DNA of 63,199 bases, the filler included. It is 4 parts of 4 records of this genome, joined end to end, with 100 filler letters (N's around TTAATTAATTAA, not from the genome) between each part and the next. Parts side by side here need not be neighbours in the genome. Positions count along the whole stretch, not along the records: positions 15,208 to 31,704 come from DRR723986_12561; positions 31,805 to 53,516 come from DRR723986_12590; 2 more parts are not named here. The stretch is one strand, 5' to 3'. Below are positions 30,559 to 40,800 of this stretch, piece by piece. The position numbers and the translations under genes were made by a program. A model generated the notes under the pieces. It ran no database searches. It saw nothing but the letters and a program-made list of their open reading frames with translations, and was not told the origin of the DNA. Positions within the stretch are counted from its first letter, which is position 1, and each line of letters begins with the position of its first letter.

Positions 30559-30596
30559 AGAACACACCTTTATCATTATCTGTATAGGTTTAAGGG

Positions 30597-31544
30597 TTAA
30601 AGTTGCTTGAGCACCGTTGGCAGAAGCGGCCGCAATATCGGCCGAAGTGGCCAGAGTAGACGCCTGACGTTGGCAAAGAGCGTGTGCATTTCCTGCTGGT
30701 AGTCTTCGAAGCTGTGCCGTTGATAATTCAGCAGTGCCTGGGACTCGCGCGTATCCATCCAATGGGTGTAGAAATTTGCCTGTCCGTGAATACCCTCTGG
30801 TAGTGGCAATCCCAGCGCTTGAAACGCGGTATTGATGAATTGCCGTTGATTGATTTGGCAGCGTTCCCCGCCACCGAGTAAAAGTGTTTTGGCTTGAGCG
30901 GCGGGGCAGCTCAGTGCTCGACTAATCGCTAGCGCGACATCGCGGGGGTGAATGTATTCCAGCGGCGTGTCAGGGTGAATCGCCAGCAGCTGTCGAAGTA
31001 CCTCGCGCTCTGTTCGCGTGGTGCGAGCGTCTACCGAAACCCCCACTCGCATAATCACCCAGGGAATGGCCGATTGCTGAAGGTACTGCTCAACCGCCAG
31101 CTTGTGCTCGGTGTATTGGTCAGTGGCGATCACCGGGTCTGCACAATGGCGCAGTGGCGCCTGGCGTTGTGAGTGTCCGAACACGGTTACCGACGATGGA
31201 AAGATAAACAGCGGGGCCCGCGACTGCGCTTGCGCCTGGTCGATAAGTGAACAGCTAGCGTCGACGTTTACCTGATGAGCGACAGCGGGTGCACGCTCGG
31301 TTAAGGGGGGCAGCATTGAGGCGAGGTGGACGATGGCATCCATGTCGTCGACCAGCGCTGCGTGCTGGGCGCTATCAGTAATATCGCCCAGCAGGATTTC
31401 ACAGCGTGCTTGATAGGGTTTGGCTAATCGCCGCTGTTGTGGCGCATTCAGGTCGCAGCAGCGCAGCTGATGGCCGTCGGCCAATAGCTGTTCCACCACC
31501 AATTGCCCCAGGTTACCAAAAGCCCCTGTTACCAGTACTTTCAT
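30597..31544 (-). CDS. NAD-dependent epimerase/dehydratase (extended SDR)
   Basis: VTGAFGNLG, VHLA and YTEHK. Confidence 0.9.
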   Translation of the reverse strand: MKVLVTGAFGNLGQLVVEQLLADGHQLRCCDLNAPQQRRLAKPYQARCEILLGDITDSAQHAALVDDMDAIVHLASMLPPLTERAPAVAHQVNVDASCSLIDQAQAQSRAPLFIFPSSVTVFGHSQRQAPLRHCADPVIATDQYTEHKLAVEQYLQQSAIPWVIMRVGVSVDARTTRTEREVLRQLLAIHPDTPLEYIHPRDVALAISRALSCPAAQAKTLLLGGGERCQINQRQFINTAFQALGLPLPEGIHGQANFYTHWMDTRESQALLNYQRHSFEDYQQEMHTLFANVRRLLWPLRPILRPLLPTVLKQL

Positions 31545-31704
31545 CGGGCGAGGCCTTTGCCTTTACGGCGAGCTTGTGAACAGTGCGACTGCATAATGTC
31601 TCGTTATTTTTTGTAACTGGTTTACATAAGTTGCTCGGCAAGATATATAATTGCGTTACATAAGTCAACGTCGCGGCGTCGACGCCACGCTCGCCATACA
31701 GGGC

Positions 31705-31804
31705 NNNNNNNNNNNNNNNNNNNNNNNNNNNNNNNNNNNNNNNNNNNNTTAATTAATTAANNNNNNNNNNNNNNNNNNNNNNNNNNNNNNNNNNNNNNNN
31801 NNNN
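31705..31804. other. Artificial contig spacer
   Basis: N-run + TTAATTAATTAA + N-run. Confidence 0.98.
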
Positions 31805-32592
31805 CGATCATCGCCTTCGTGATCATCATCTTCGTGATCGTCATCCTCACGATCATCGTCTTTGCGATCGTCATCCTCGCGGTCGTTTTCATCTTTGTCG
31901 TCGCGTTCGCCGCCCTTGTCATCGCCCTTGTCATCGTCACGGTCTTCACCACGATCTTCATCGCGGTCTTCACCGCCTGCCGGGTTGTCTTCGGCATCGA
32001 TTGGGGGCGTGGGTGTGGGCGGTGTGGGCGCTTCGGGGTCGGGTTCGCCCGTATCGCCCGGCCCGGTAGGTGTGCCTGGGTTGCCCGGTGTGCCTTCGTC
32101 TTCCGGGTTTTGGGGGCCGGGGGGCGGGGCTGTGGCCTCGGTATCGGCGACAAAGGGTTGGGCCGTGGGCAGCGGTTCTTGGAACAATTCGGTGTATCGA
32201 TACCGCTCAAGCGGCGTGCCGCGGAATTCGATCGCGGAAAACCGCTCTACGCCGCCTTCCAGCGCGGCACTAAAACCGCCGCGTTCGACCAATTCGCTCA
32301 GGCGGCGCATGGCGCCATCTGCCTTTAGATCCTCGGACAGGTTCAGCGTTTCGCACAGTTCTGGCGCTGCGGCCTCGTCTGGCTGAGGCGTGGGGGTGGG
32401 GGATGTTTGCGCATTCACCTCGCCCGGCGCCCAGAACGAGCGCATATACGCGATCAGCGCAAACATCCCACCCAGGCCAAGCATGATTTTGCGGTTGGAA
32501 TGTGGGGCGGCTTTCACCGCCAGTTCCTTCATCGTGTCCAGGCGGTCTTTGCCTGGGGTGATGGCCTTGTTTTTGGAATGAACATTAATCAT
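31805..32592 (-). CDS. T1SS-operon hypothetical protein with Pro-rich linker and Asp-rich repeats (3' truncated)
   Basis: Overlaps the ABC gene by 4 bp (ATGA); one hydrophobic segment, then P/T-rich and D/E-rich low-complexity regions. Confidence 0.7.
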
Positions 32593-34349
32593 GACACAGC
32601 CCTTTCCTGCGCCGCTGCGGCGGCTTCGCCTGCGGCGGGTTGCGTGCGTTTCACCGGGGTGGGGGCGACCTTCATGATTTCGGATTTTGGCCCATATTTC
32701 ACCAAGGCGCCGTCTTGGATGATGCCCACCATATCAACTTGCTCCAATGCGCTGGGGCGGTGGGCGATCACGATCACAATGCCGCCGCGTTCGCGCACCG
32801 ATTTGATGGCGTCGCTGACCGCGCGTTCGCCATCGGCATCCAGGTTCGAGTTCGGCTCGTCCAACAACACCACAAACGGGTCGCCATAAAGCGCGCAGGC
32901 CAGGGCGATACGCTGGCGTTGGCCGCCCGACAGGTTGTGCCCATTGGTGCCCAGCTGGGTTTGATACCCATCTGGCATGGCCACGATCATGTCATGCACG
33001 CCCGCGGCCTTTGCAGCGTTGATGACTTTTTCATCATCAGGCTCGGCCAGGCGGGCAATGTTGCGGGCGATGGTGGTATCAAACAGCGTGTAATCTTGCG
33101 GCAAGTAGCCAAAGATGCCCGAAATCGCATCTTGGTTCCATTGTGTCAGGTCGGCATTATCCAGCCGCACATTCCCGCGCAGCACCGGCCAAACACCCCC
33201 CAGGGCGCGCATCAGCGAGGATTTGCCGCCGCCGCTGGGCCCGATCAGCCCCAGCGCCTGGCCCGCCTGCAGCTTGATCGTGATATCGGCCAAAATCACC
33301 TTGCCGGTCGCGGGCGCAACAACGGTGATGGTATCGGCGCTAAAGCTTTGGGTGGGCATGGGCAGGTTCACATGCTCGGGTTCGTCGGGCATGGCGGCAA
33401 TGGTTTCGCGAATGGTGCCATAGGCATTTTTCGCCATCACGATGTTTTTCCAATTGCCAATCGCTTGGTCAATCGGCGCCAGGGCCCGGGCCGAGGCCAC
33501 CGAGGCCGCGATGATCGAGCCGGCAGTCATATCGCCCAGAATTGTCAGATAGGCGCCAAGGCCCAAAACGGCCGATTGCAGCATCATGCGCAACACCTTC
33601 GAGATGGCGCCCATCGTGCGGGTGACATCGCTAGAGCTGGCTTGCAGATCCAAATGCTGGTCGTTGGCGCGCGAGAACAGCTGCGTGGCCGCACGGGTAA
33701 AGCCCATGGCGCGGATCACATCGGAATTGCGGGCGTTGGCCTCGGCCACCGAGCTGCGATACGAGGCCGCGCGGCTGACATCGCGGTTGGCGCGGCGCGT
33801 CATGATTTCTGTGGCAATGGTCAGCAGCGTCAGCACCACCGCGCCGCCAATGGTGAGCGCGCCCAGATAGGGGTGCAGGAAAAAGACAAAGACCAAAAAG
33901 ATGGGCATCCACGGCAGATCCAGCAGCGCCACCAGGGCGGGGCCGCTGATGAAATTGCGCAGCGTATCCACCATGCGCCCGCGTTCCAGCGACTCGCCCA
34001 GCGAAAAGCCATAGCGCGGCATTTCTATGCTCATCTGATGCACGTCGGGGGCGATTTTTTTGTCAAACCGTGCCCCAACACGGTGCAAAATTTGCGAGCG
34101 GATAACATCCATCACGCCCTGCACGGCATAAAGCCCCAGGGCCAAAACAGAAATCAATGCCAAGGTGGGAATGCTACCGCTCAGCAATGCGCGGTCGTAA
34201 ATTTGCATCATGTAAAAGGCGCCCGTTAGGGCCAGAATATTAATGATGCCTGAAACAAACAGCAGATACAGGCCGATCGACGTCATCCCTTCGGTGATCC
34301 GTGCGATCCGTGCATCGCGTTTCTCTTTTTTCTGCGCTCGGTCCGACAT
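32589..34349 (-). CDS. prtD: Type I secretion system permease/ATPase (PrtD/AprD family)
   Basis: YMMQIYDR, DLPWMPIF, GPSGGGKS, LSGGQRQR and LDEPNSNLD. Confidence 0.9.
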   Translation of the reverse strand: MSDRAQKKEKRDARIARITEGMTSIGLYLLFVSGIINILALTGAFYMMQIYDRALLSGSIPTLALISVLALGLYAVQGVMDVIRSQILHRVGARFDKKIAPDVHQMSIEMPRYGFSLGESLERGRMVDTLRNFISGPALVALLDLPWMPIFLVFVFFLHPYLGALTIGGAVVLTLLTIATEIMTRRANRDVSRAASYRSSVAEANARNSDVIRAMGFTRAATQLFSRANDQHLDLQASSSDVTRTMGAISKVLRMMLQSAVLGLGAYLTILGDMTAGSIIAASVASARALAPIDQAIGNWKNIVMAKNAYGTIRETIAAMPDEPEHVNLPMPTQSFSADTITVVAPATGKVILADITIKLQAGQALGLIGPSGGGKSSLMRALGGVWPVLRGNVRLDNADLTQWNQDAISGIFGYLPQDYTLFDTTIARNIARLAEPDDEKVINAAKAAGVHDMIVAMPDGYQTQLGTNGHNLSGGQRQRIALACALYGDPFVVLLDEPNSNLDADGERAVSDAIKSVRERGGIVIVIAHRPSALEQVDMVGIIQDGALVKYGPKSEIMKVAPTPVKRTQPAAGEAAAAAQERAVS

Positions 34350-34513
34350 GATCTTTCTCCAAATGCATAGTGAGTCGCAGGCAGCTGGCCTGGCTCGAAT
34401 TCTGTGTCTTTGGTGCCATATCGGGGGGTGGGGCCCATCTGCGCTTGGTCTGCCCGGGTTCTAGACTTTCGTCCCAACGGGGGGGTGCTAAAGGTCGGTT
34501 CTTGATCGCGCAT

Positions 34514-34543
34514 AAAAAAACGCACGGCCGAAGCCGTGCGTTT
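34514..34543 (-). terminator. Rho-independent terminator
   Basis: CGCACGGC-TTCG-GCCGTGCG followed by T7 on the minus strand. Confidence 0.8.
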
Positions 34544-34602
34544 AGGTGCGGTGCCAAATGGCAGGGGCACCGGGGAAAAGGAAAAATCTGTAAAAGCGGG
34601 GG

Positions 34603-34869
34603 TTAGATCTGCCCGCGCAGGGCCTGGATGAGGTCGAACAAAATAGTTTCGCCCTTGGCGCCCAGGCCGCGAATGAATTTTGTTTCCATTTCAATGGCTG
34701 TGTCGCTTAGCGCGGTGATTTCGCGCAGGGTTTTGCTGAAAAACGGATCTTCCAGCAACAGCTTGCGCGGCAAGGGGTATTCTGGCAGCCACAATAAATA
34801 ATCGCGAAAGCTGCTGTCGGGCCCGGGCGGGGTATCGTTTTGGTCGGTGCTTTGGCTGTTATGTTCCAT
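34603..34869 (-). CDS. Small hypothetical protein
   Basis: ORF between the haloperoxidase and the terminator; start uncertain (34890 or 34869). Confidence 0.4.
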   Translation of the reverse strand: MEHNSQSTDQNDTPPGPDSSFRDYLLWLPEYPLPRKLLLEDPFFSKTLREITALSDTAIEMETKFIRGLGAKGETILFDLIQALRGQI

Positions 34870-34964
34870 GTTTTGATAAATGACAGTCATCACTGCCCCC
34901 AAATTAAAGTGGTGTCTGCATAGGCCCGCGGCCTGCGCTGAAATTGGTGTTGGCCCGTGCGTGA

Positions 34965-37187
34965 TCAGGCCAACATCCAATCGAAAAATGGGCTGTCTTG
35001 TTCGGTGGTTTGCCCTTGGGCAAAGTCTTGGGCCCGTTCTGCGGCCAGCAGCCCCACACTATCGCCCAGTGTCAGGCCGGCGGTATTGCCTTCGCTGAAG
35101 TGGATGCCGCCAAAAATCCGCGAGGCGCCGGCCTCTTGCGCCATGATATCCAGCGTATCCCAGCTGAAATTCAGGCTTTGATCGGGGAATGTCGGGTCAA
35201 ACTGGCTGCCATTGGGGGCAATAATGGTTGCCGCCCCCAGGGTTTGGCTGCCGGTAAAGGCCTCAAGCACCGCAGCGGCTGCACCGCTAAAGGTGGAATG
35301 CCCCGAGACATATTCCGCAAAGGGCGGCGAGAAATCCCCTTTGGGATTTTGATAGGTTACAAAATTTTCTGCCAAAATCGTGCGGGTGCCCAGGCTGGCG
35401 CCGGTTTCGGGGTCGTAGCCGCCAAAGGCGGTGATCACCTGCCCGGTTTCGCCCGTCAGCTCGTCGGTGCCGGGCGTGCCGATCAGGCCAAGGCGGCCCA
35501 AATCATGAATGGCCTGCACCGGGCGGGCGTAATCGTAATACACTTTCGCATCCCATGCCGCGATGGCGGCATCCATCATGGCATTGCCCATAGCCAAAAA
35601 CAGCGTGGCCGAGGCGCCCGTATCCAGCCCGTCGCGGGCCGATACAAATTGCGCAAATGTCATCATCGTGCCGGGGGGGTAGCTGGTGCCTGGCCCATCC
35701 TCCCAGAACTCGGCCACCGAGCGGCCTTTGGTATCAAGCCCGGCGCTGACATCGATCAGCTGTTGGGCCTGCGCGATAAAGCCTGGGTTAATAACCGTGC
35801 CCACCAAATCTGGCGTTACAGCAATCTCCGCGCCTGCCGGATAGTCGGTGCCATTGATCTGGGCTGCTTTGGCCAAGGTGATGGTGCCGCTGGCAATATC
35901 GAGCTGCGTATCGCCAAAGCCTTGCGTGAAAAACGGTTGCGGCGCCACCGGGCGGATGGTGGAGAAATCGGTAACGCCATCGCTGCCTTGGGGCAGGGCG
36001 AAGGGCTCGACCGTGGCAAATTCGGGCAACAGGAATTTCTGCAGTTTTTGCTGCTGCGTGCCCTTTATATATTCCGGTGTCCAAAGATCGATATTGTTCA
36101 CGGTATCCGGGTTTGGGTTTTTGGGCGTGTATTGCGCAGCGGCGCTGCTGGGCAGCTGGGCAATTTCCTGCAGCCTTGGCACCAGCACATCTTGGGCTGC
36201 ATCCTGGCCGATTTGTGCCGCCAGTTTTTCATTTGTCCGCGGGTCCAGCCCCAGCCGCTGTTGCATGATCTGGTCTAGCACCCCGGCCTTTTGCGGGAAA
36301 ATCGCCGATAAAACGGTGTAGCCGGCGTAATGCATCGCCTCTTCTACCTTATCGGCGCTTGCACGATTGAATTCGATATTGTCGCCCTCGATATCCAGCG
36401 ACACGCGCAGCGCGGTTTCATCATGCGCGGCATAGGCATCGTAAATCGCGGTATGCAGCATGGCATAGATACGCGCGGCATTGGTGGGCCCGGGCATAGT
36501 TTCGGCAACAAGGCTTTGCACCACTTGGTCCCATAGCACGCTTGGGGTTGGGTCGGGTGTGTTCAGCTTGATCCGCGCCAGCCCATCGGCCAGCAGCAGC
36601 GCATCGGGTGCCGTGCTAAGCTGCTGGTGCAGCGTGTCAAAAGCAAACATCTGCCCGCCGATTTCCAGAATCTCGACGTTTTTGATGCTGGTTTCGGCCC
36701 CGCTGAAACGGTCGGTCAGAACAATGCTGTTGCCCTGGGCGCGCAGGTCGCTTTCCCACAGCTGTGCATCAATGCGCAGAATATCGGCCCCGCCCTTGCC
36801 ATCCACCTTTTTGCAGCCTGGCTGATCCAGCAAAAACTGGTCGTTGCCGGCGCCACCCTTTAGGCTGAACGCGTCTTCGCCGGGGGGGGCTGAAATGATC
36901 TGGGCGCTGGGTGCATGATCATCATCATCGCCCCGGTCGGTGTCATCCAGATCTTTTGCAAAGTCTTTTAGTAATTCGGCAATGTTATCGATATCGCGGT
37001 CATCATCATCATCATCGCGGTCGTCATCATCGCAGTCGCGCCCTTGCGTGCGCGCGAAAGAAAACTGATCGTTATCCGCCAAAAGCTGTGCCAGCTTTTC
37101 AAAGTTGCCCTCTTCCAGCAGGCGGCGTGCATCTGGCCAGCGCAACAGATCGCTGCTTTCAAAATTATCTTTATCTGCGTCACCCAT
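34965..37187 (-). CDS. Vanadium-dependent haloperoxidase (PAP2 superfamily) with N-terminal acidic/RTX-like extension
   Basis: KVYYDYARP, PPFAEYVSGHS and SRIFGGIHF vanadate-binding motifs; AGGAG RBS upstream. Confidence 0.9.
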   Translation of the reverse strand: MGDADKDNFESSDLLRWPDARRLLEEGNFEKLAQLLADNDQFSFARTQGRDCDDDDRDDDDDDRDIDNIAELLKDFAKDLDDTDRGDDDDHAPSAQIISAPPGEDAFSLKGGAGNDQFLLDQPGCKKVDGKGGADILRIDAQLWESDLRAQGNSIVLTDRFSGAETSIKNVEILEIGGQMFAFDTLHQQLSTAPDALLLADGLARIKLNTPDPTPSVLWDQVVQSLVAETMPGPTNAARIYAMLHTAIYDAYAAHDETALRVSLDIEGDNIEFNRASADKVEEAMHYAGYTVLSAIFPQKAGVLDQIMQQRLGLDPRTNEKLAAQIGQDAAQDVLVPRLQEIAQLPSSAAAQYTPKNPNPDTVNNIDLWTPEYIKGTQQQKLQKFLLPEFATVEPFALPQGSDGVTDFSTIRPVAPQPFFTQGFGDTQLDIASGTITLAKAAQINGTDYPAGAEIAVTPDLVGTVINPGFIAQAQQLIDVSAGLDTKGRSVAEFWEDGPGTSYPPGTMMTFAQFVSARDGLDTGASATLFLAMGNAMMDAAIAAWDAKVYYDYARPVQAIHDLGRLGLIGTPGTDELTGETGQVITAFGGYDPETGASLGTRTILAENFVTYQNPKGDFSPPFAEYVSGHSTFSGAAAAVLEAFTGSQTLGAATIIAPNGSQFDPTFPDQSLNFSWDTLDIMAQEAGASRIFGGIHFSEGNTAGLTLGDSVGLLAAERAQDFAQGQTTEQDSPFFDWMLA

Positions 37188-37800
37188 CACGGGGCTTCTC
37201 CTTTTTAGCGCGCTGGTCTGGGGCCCGTGCCCGGGCCAGCGTGATGGAATTGTTGCCTCAAACCTAACAGAAGACAGGTGCCACGATATGGCCCAAGGGT
37301 GCCCGCGCCCTATGGACTTTGGTCTAAGAAACGCCCGGAAATTTTGCAAAACCACTGGTTAGGCAAGATTTCGCCTGCCGGGCGCCGTGCCTGTTTGGGG
37401 GGCTGATTCTGCCCTGTCTGATCGCCCTTGCACTGGGGGTGGTTTTTGGGGGCGGGGCGATTTTACGCCTGGTCTAACCGTCGGGTCTGATCTGGGGCGG
37501 AAATTGGTGCTTTATCTGTTAAGCGCCCAAGTTTTTGCAGTAAATATTGCGTAAAAACATATACTTAATTTCCATTTCTTGCGGGCGCAGTCACCCCGTG
37601 TCAGCGCCCCAATGCCCCCCAAACCCCAGACCTTGGTCGGGTGTGGGCCTAACCAAGGTATGAAACGCGGCTCTACCTCTTGGGCATCCGCGCTGCCGCC
37701 CCCTCACATAGTGTCGAGCCATGATTTGACCCGAACCAATGGCCAACTGGGCCTTCATCACACCAAGGGCGGTTGGCCGCTCTTCCTTAGGAGAAAAGAC

Positions 37801-40800
37801 ATGGTTTTTGTAAACACGAATGACCTGAAACATATTCTTGATCAGATTTTCATCGCCGAGCAGCACGCGGCCGGCACCCCTTTGACCGATCTTATTGCCA
37901 ATCCCTTGGCAGCCAAGGGGTTGCGCCTTGTCGACGGTACGTTGAACAACCTTACTCCGGGTCGCGAAACCAGTGGCGCAGCGGATCAAGTGATGCCGCG
38001 CCTGCTGGATTCGACCTTCCTGACGCAGCCTGAGACCGCGCATCTGGCGGACCCGAACCCGCGCGCGCCGCAGGCCGGCCCGACCTCCTACACCCAGACC
38101 GGTGGCTCCGTCTTTGACGCGGACCCTCGGGTGGTTTCGAACCTCGTTGCTGACCAGACGCTCTCCAACCCGGCAGCCATCGCGTCCGCGCTGAAGCACA
38201 GTGGCCTGACCGGTCAGGCCATGCTGGACGTCTCCAACCAGATTTCCGTCGCACATCGCGACGCTCTCGACGCGCAGGCCGCAGTCGGAAACGTTGACCG
38301 GGCGCTCGAGCTGCAGCGCCAGGATCTCCAGGCCGCGCTCGTTGATGCGCGCGCCCAACTGACCATGGCTCAGGACGATGTTGCCGCAAAGACAACCGCC
38401 AAGAACCAGGCTGATCTGGATGCTGCGGCGGCAAAGCAGACGCTCGACGATGCCGCAGCCACCATGGCCACGCTGCAGGGGCAGGGCCAAGTTGCCCAGA
38501 TGCAGACGGCGCTCGGCAATGCCATCGCAGCCCACACTCAGGCGGAAACCGACCTTGCGACAGCTCGGAACACGCTGGCCCAGGCCGAAAGCTCGGCAGC
38601 GTCCATTCTCACTATGCGCAACGCCAAGCAGACCACCGTTAATGATCTGCAGGCCCAGAAAGAAACTGCGGATCAAGATTTGGCCACCGCCGAAGGCTTG
38701 CTGTCCGACGCAGAGGCCACTTTGGCCCGTGAAACCGACTCCGGTGGCGCCGTCGCCGAGGCCCAAATCGCGGTGGACAACGCTACGACCGCTGTCAACG
38801 ACGCGCAGGCGAAAGTGGATGATCTTGCTGCCCAGCTCCAGCAGTCCCAGACCGACCTGAACGATCTCAACGCACGGCTCCAGACCGCAGAGCAGACGCG
38901 TGACGAGGCACAAATCCGCCTGACGGCGGCCGAGGAAGCGGCTGCTGATACTCAGATTGCTCGTGATAACGCGCAGTCCCTCTTCGATACGGAAGTGACC
39001 GAGCTGGCAGCCGCGCAGTCCGCATTCTTCAGCGCACTGGGCACATACATGGCGGGTGGCAGTTTGCTGGACTTTTCGCGCGCCTCCGCTGCTTATTCGA
39101 CCGCCCGCGAGGAACAGTGGGATGCGGAATTGGCGCTGTCGGACGCGATCGCAAAGGATAACGCCGCAGATCAGAAAGTCTCCGACGAAACGGGTGCTTT
39201 AAACCAGGCGCAGTCCCGGGTCATTTCTCTGACCAACCAGCGCGATGGGGTAATCACCACGCGCGACGGTCTCGACGCCCAACTGGGCGCCGCCAATACC
39301 GATCTGTCCGACGCACGCGGCCGGCTGACGAGCGCCGAGCAGACACTGCAGACCGCTAAAGACAACAACCAGGCCTATGTCGATGCGGCGGCCGCCGTTG
39401 ATGCGGCTCAGGCCGATGTCGACACGAAGCAAGGTGTGGTTGACGGTCTTGCGACCCGGCTCAACACCGCCAACCAGGAACTGGCGACGCTCAACACCAA
39501 TCTGCGCAACGCCAATGCCGAAGTCACTCGTCTTGAGGGTGTTGTGCAGACCGAAACCGCCGATCTGCAAACGGCAGCCGGCAATGTCACCACGGCCCGT
39601 CAGGATCTTTCGGCGGCGCAAATGGCTGACGAGGCCATTCTCGCCCAGCTCGATGTGATCGCTGACGCGACCATTAAACTCGTGGAGGCCGATGCGGCGG
39701 CAGAGCTGGCAGCCTCCGCTCTGACCACGGCGGAAGAGACAGAAACCGCCAAACAATCGGCTTTCGACACTGCCACTAGCGATCTTGCCGCTCTGAATGC
39801 ACCCGGTGCGGCCGAAGCCGCGCTCGCGGCCGCAGAGCTTGCAGCTGCCGACGCGCAAACCGCGCTCGACACCCTGCTGGCGACGCATGGTGTGGAATTG
39901 GACGGCAACAACATCGTGATCCCCGACGTCGCGCCCGACGAAGGTCTGTCCGCCCCCTACAACGGCTGGATGACGCTCTTCGGCCAGTTCTTCGACCATG
40001 GTCTCGATCTGGTTGGCAAGGGCGGCAGCGGCACGGTTTACATCCCTCTGATGCCCGATGACCCGCTTTATGTCGAAGGCTCGCCCACCAACTTCATGGT
40101 GCTGACCCGCGCCACGAACCAGCCCGGTCCCGACGGGATCCTCGGCACGGCCGACGATGTTCGCGAGCACATGAACAAGACCACGCCTTGGGTCGACCAG
40201 AACCAGACCTACACGTCGCATGCGTCCCACCAGGTGTTCTTGCGCGAATATGAGCTGGATGCGGACGGCAAGCCCGTTGCCAACGGCAACCTGCTGCACG
40301 GCTCCTCCGGTGGCATGTCCACCTGGGGCGATGTGAAGGCCCAGGCTGCGAACCTGCTGGGCATTCAGCTGAATGACAGCGATGTGCTGGATGGCCCGCT
40401 GCTGGCCACCGACCCCTATGGCAACTTTATCCCCGGCGCCAATGGCATGCCGCAGCTGGTGGTGTCGAACCCCGCCTTTGCCACAGATCCAACCCAGCCC
40501 GAGTTCCTCTTGGTCGAGGGCGATCTGGCCAACCCCGTTGATGCCAGCCAAGCCGTGCGCAATGGCCATGCCTTCCTCGAAGACATCGCCCATAACGCCG
40601 TGCCCAAGGGCATGATCGATCACGACCGCAGCCCCGCCACCCCCGATATCGAGGTGATCCCCGATGCCGATACCGAGGTGGGCAATGCGATCATCCCCAA
40701 CCGGTTTGGGATGAACGAAACCTACGACAACGAGCTGCTCGATCGCCACTTCATCGCAGGTGATGGCCGTGGCAACGAAAACTTTGGCCTGACGGCGGTG

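Noticed and set aside
34440-34545. Cyclic di-GMP riboswitch upstream of prtD
   Set aside because: Only a partial GGGACGAAAG resemblance; the P2/P3 architecture cannot be built, and the nearby hairpin is explained as a terminator.
37265-37285. Sigma-54 promoter for the VHPO (and for prtD near 34411)
   Set aside because: TGGCAC is present but the -12 TTGC element is missing.
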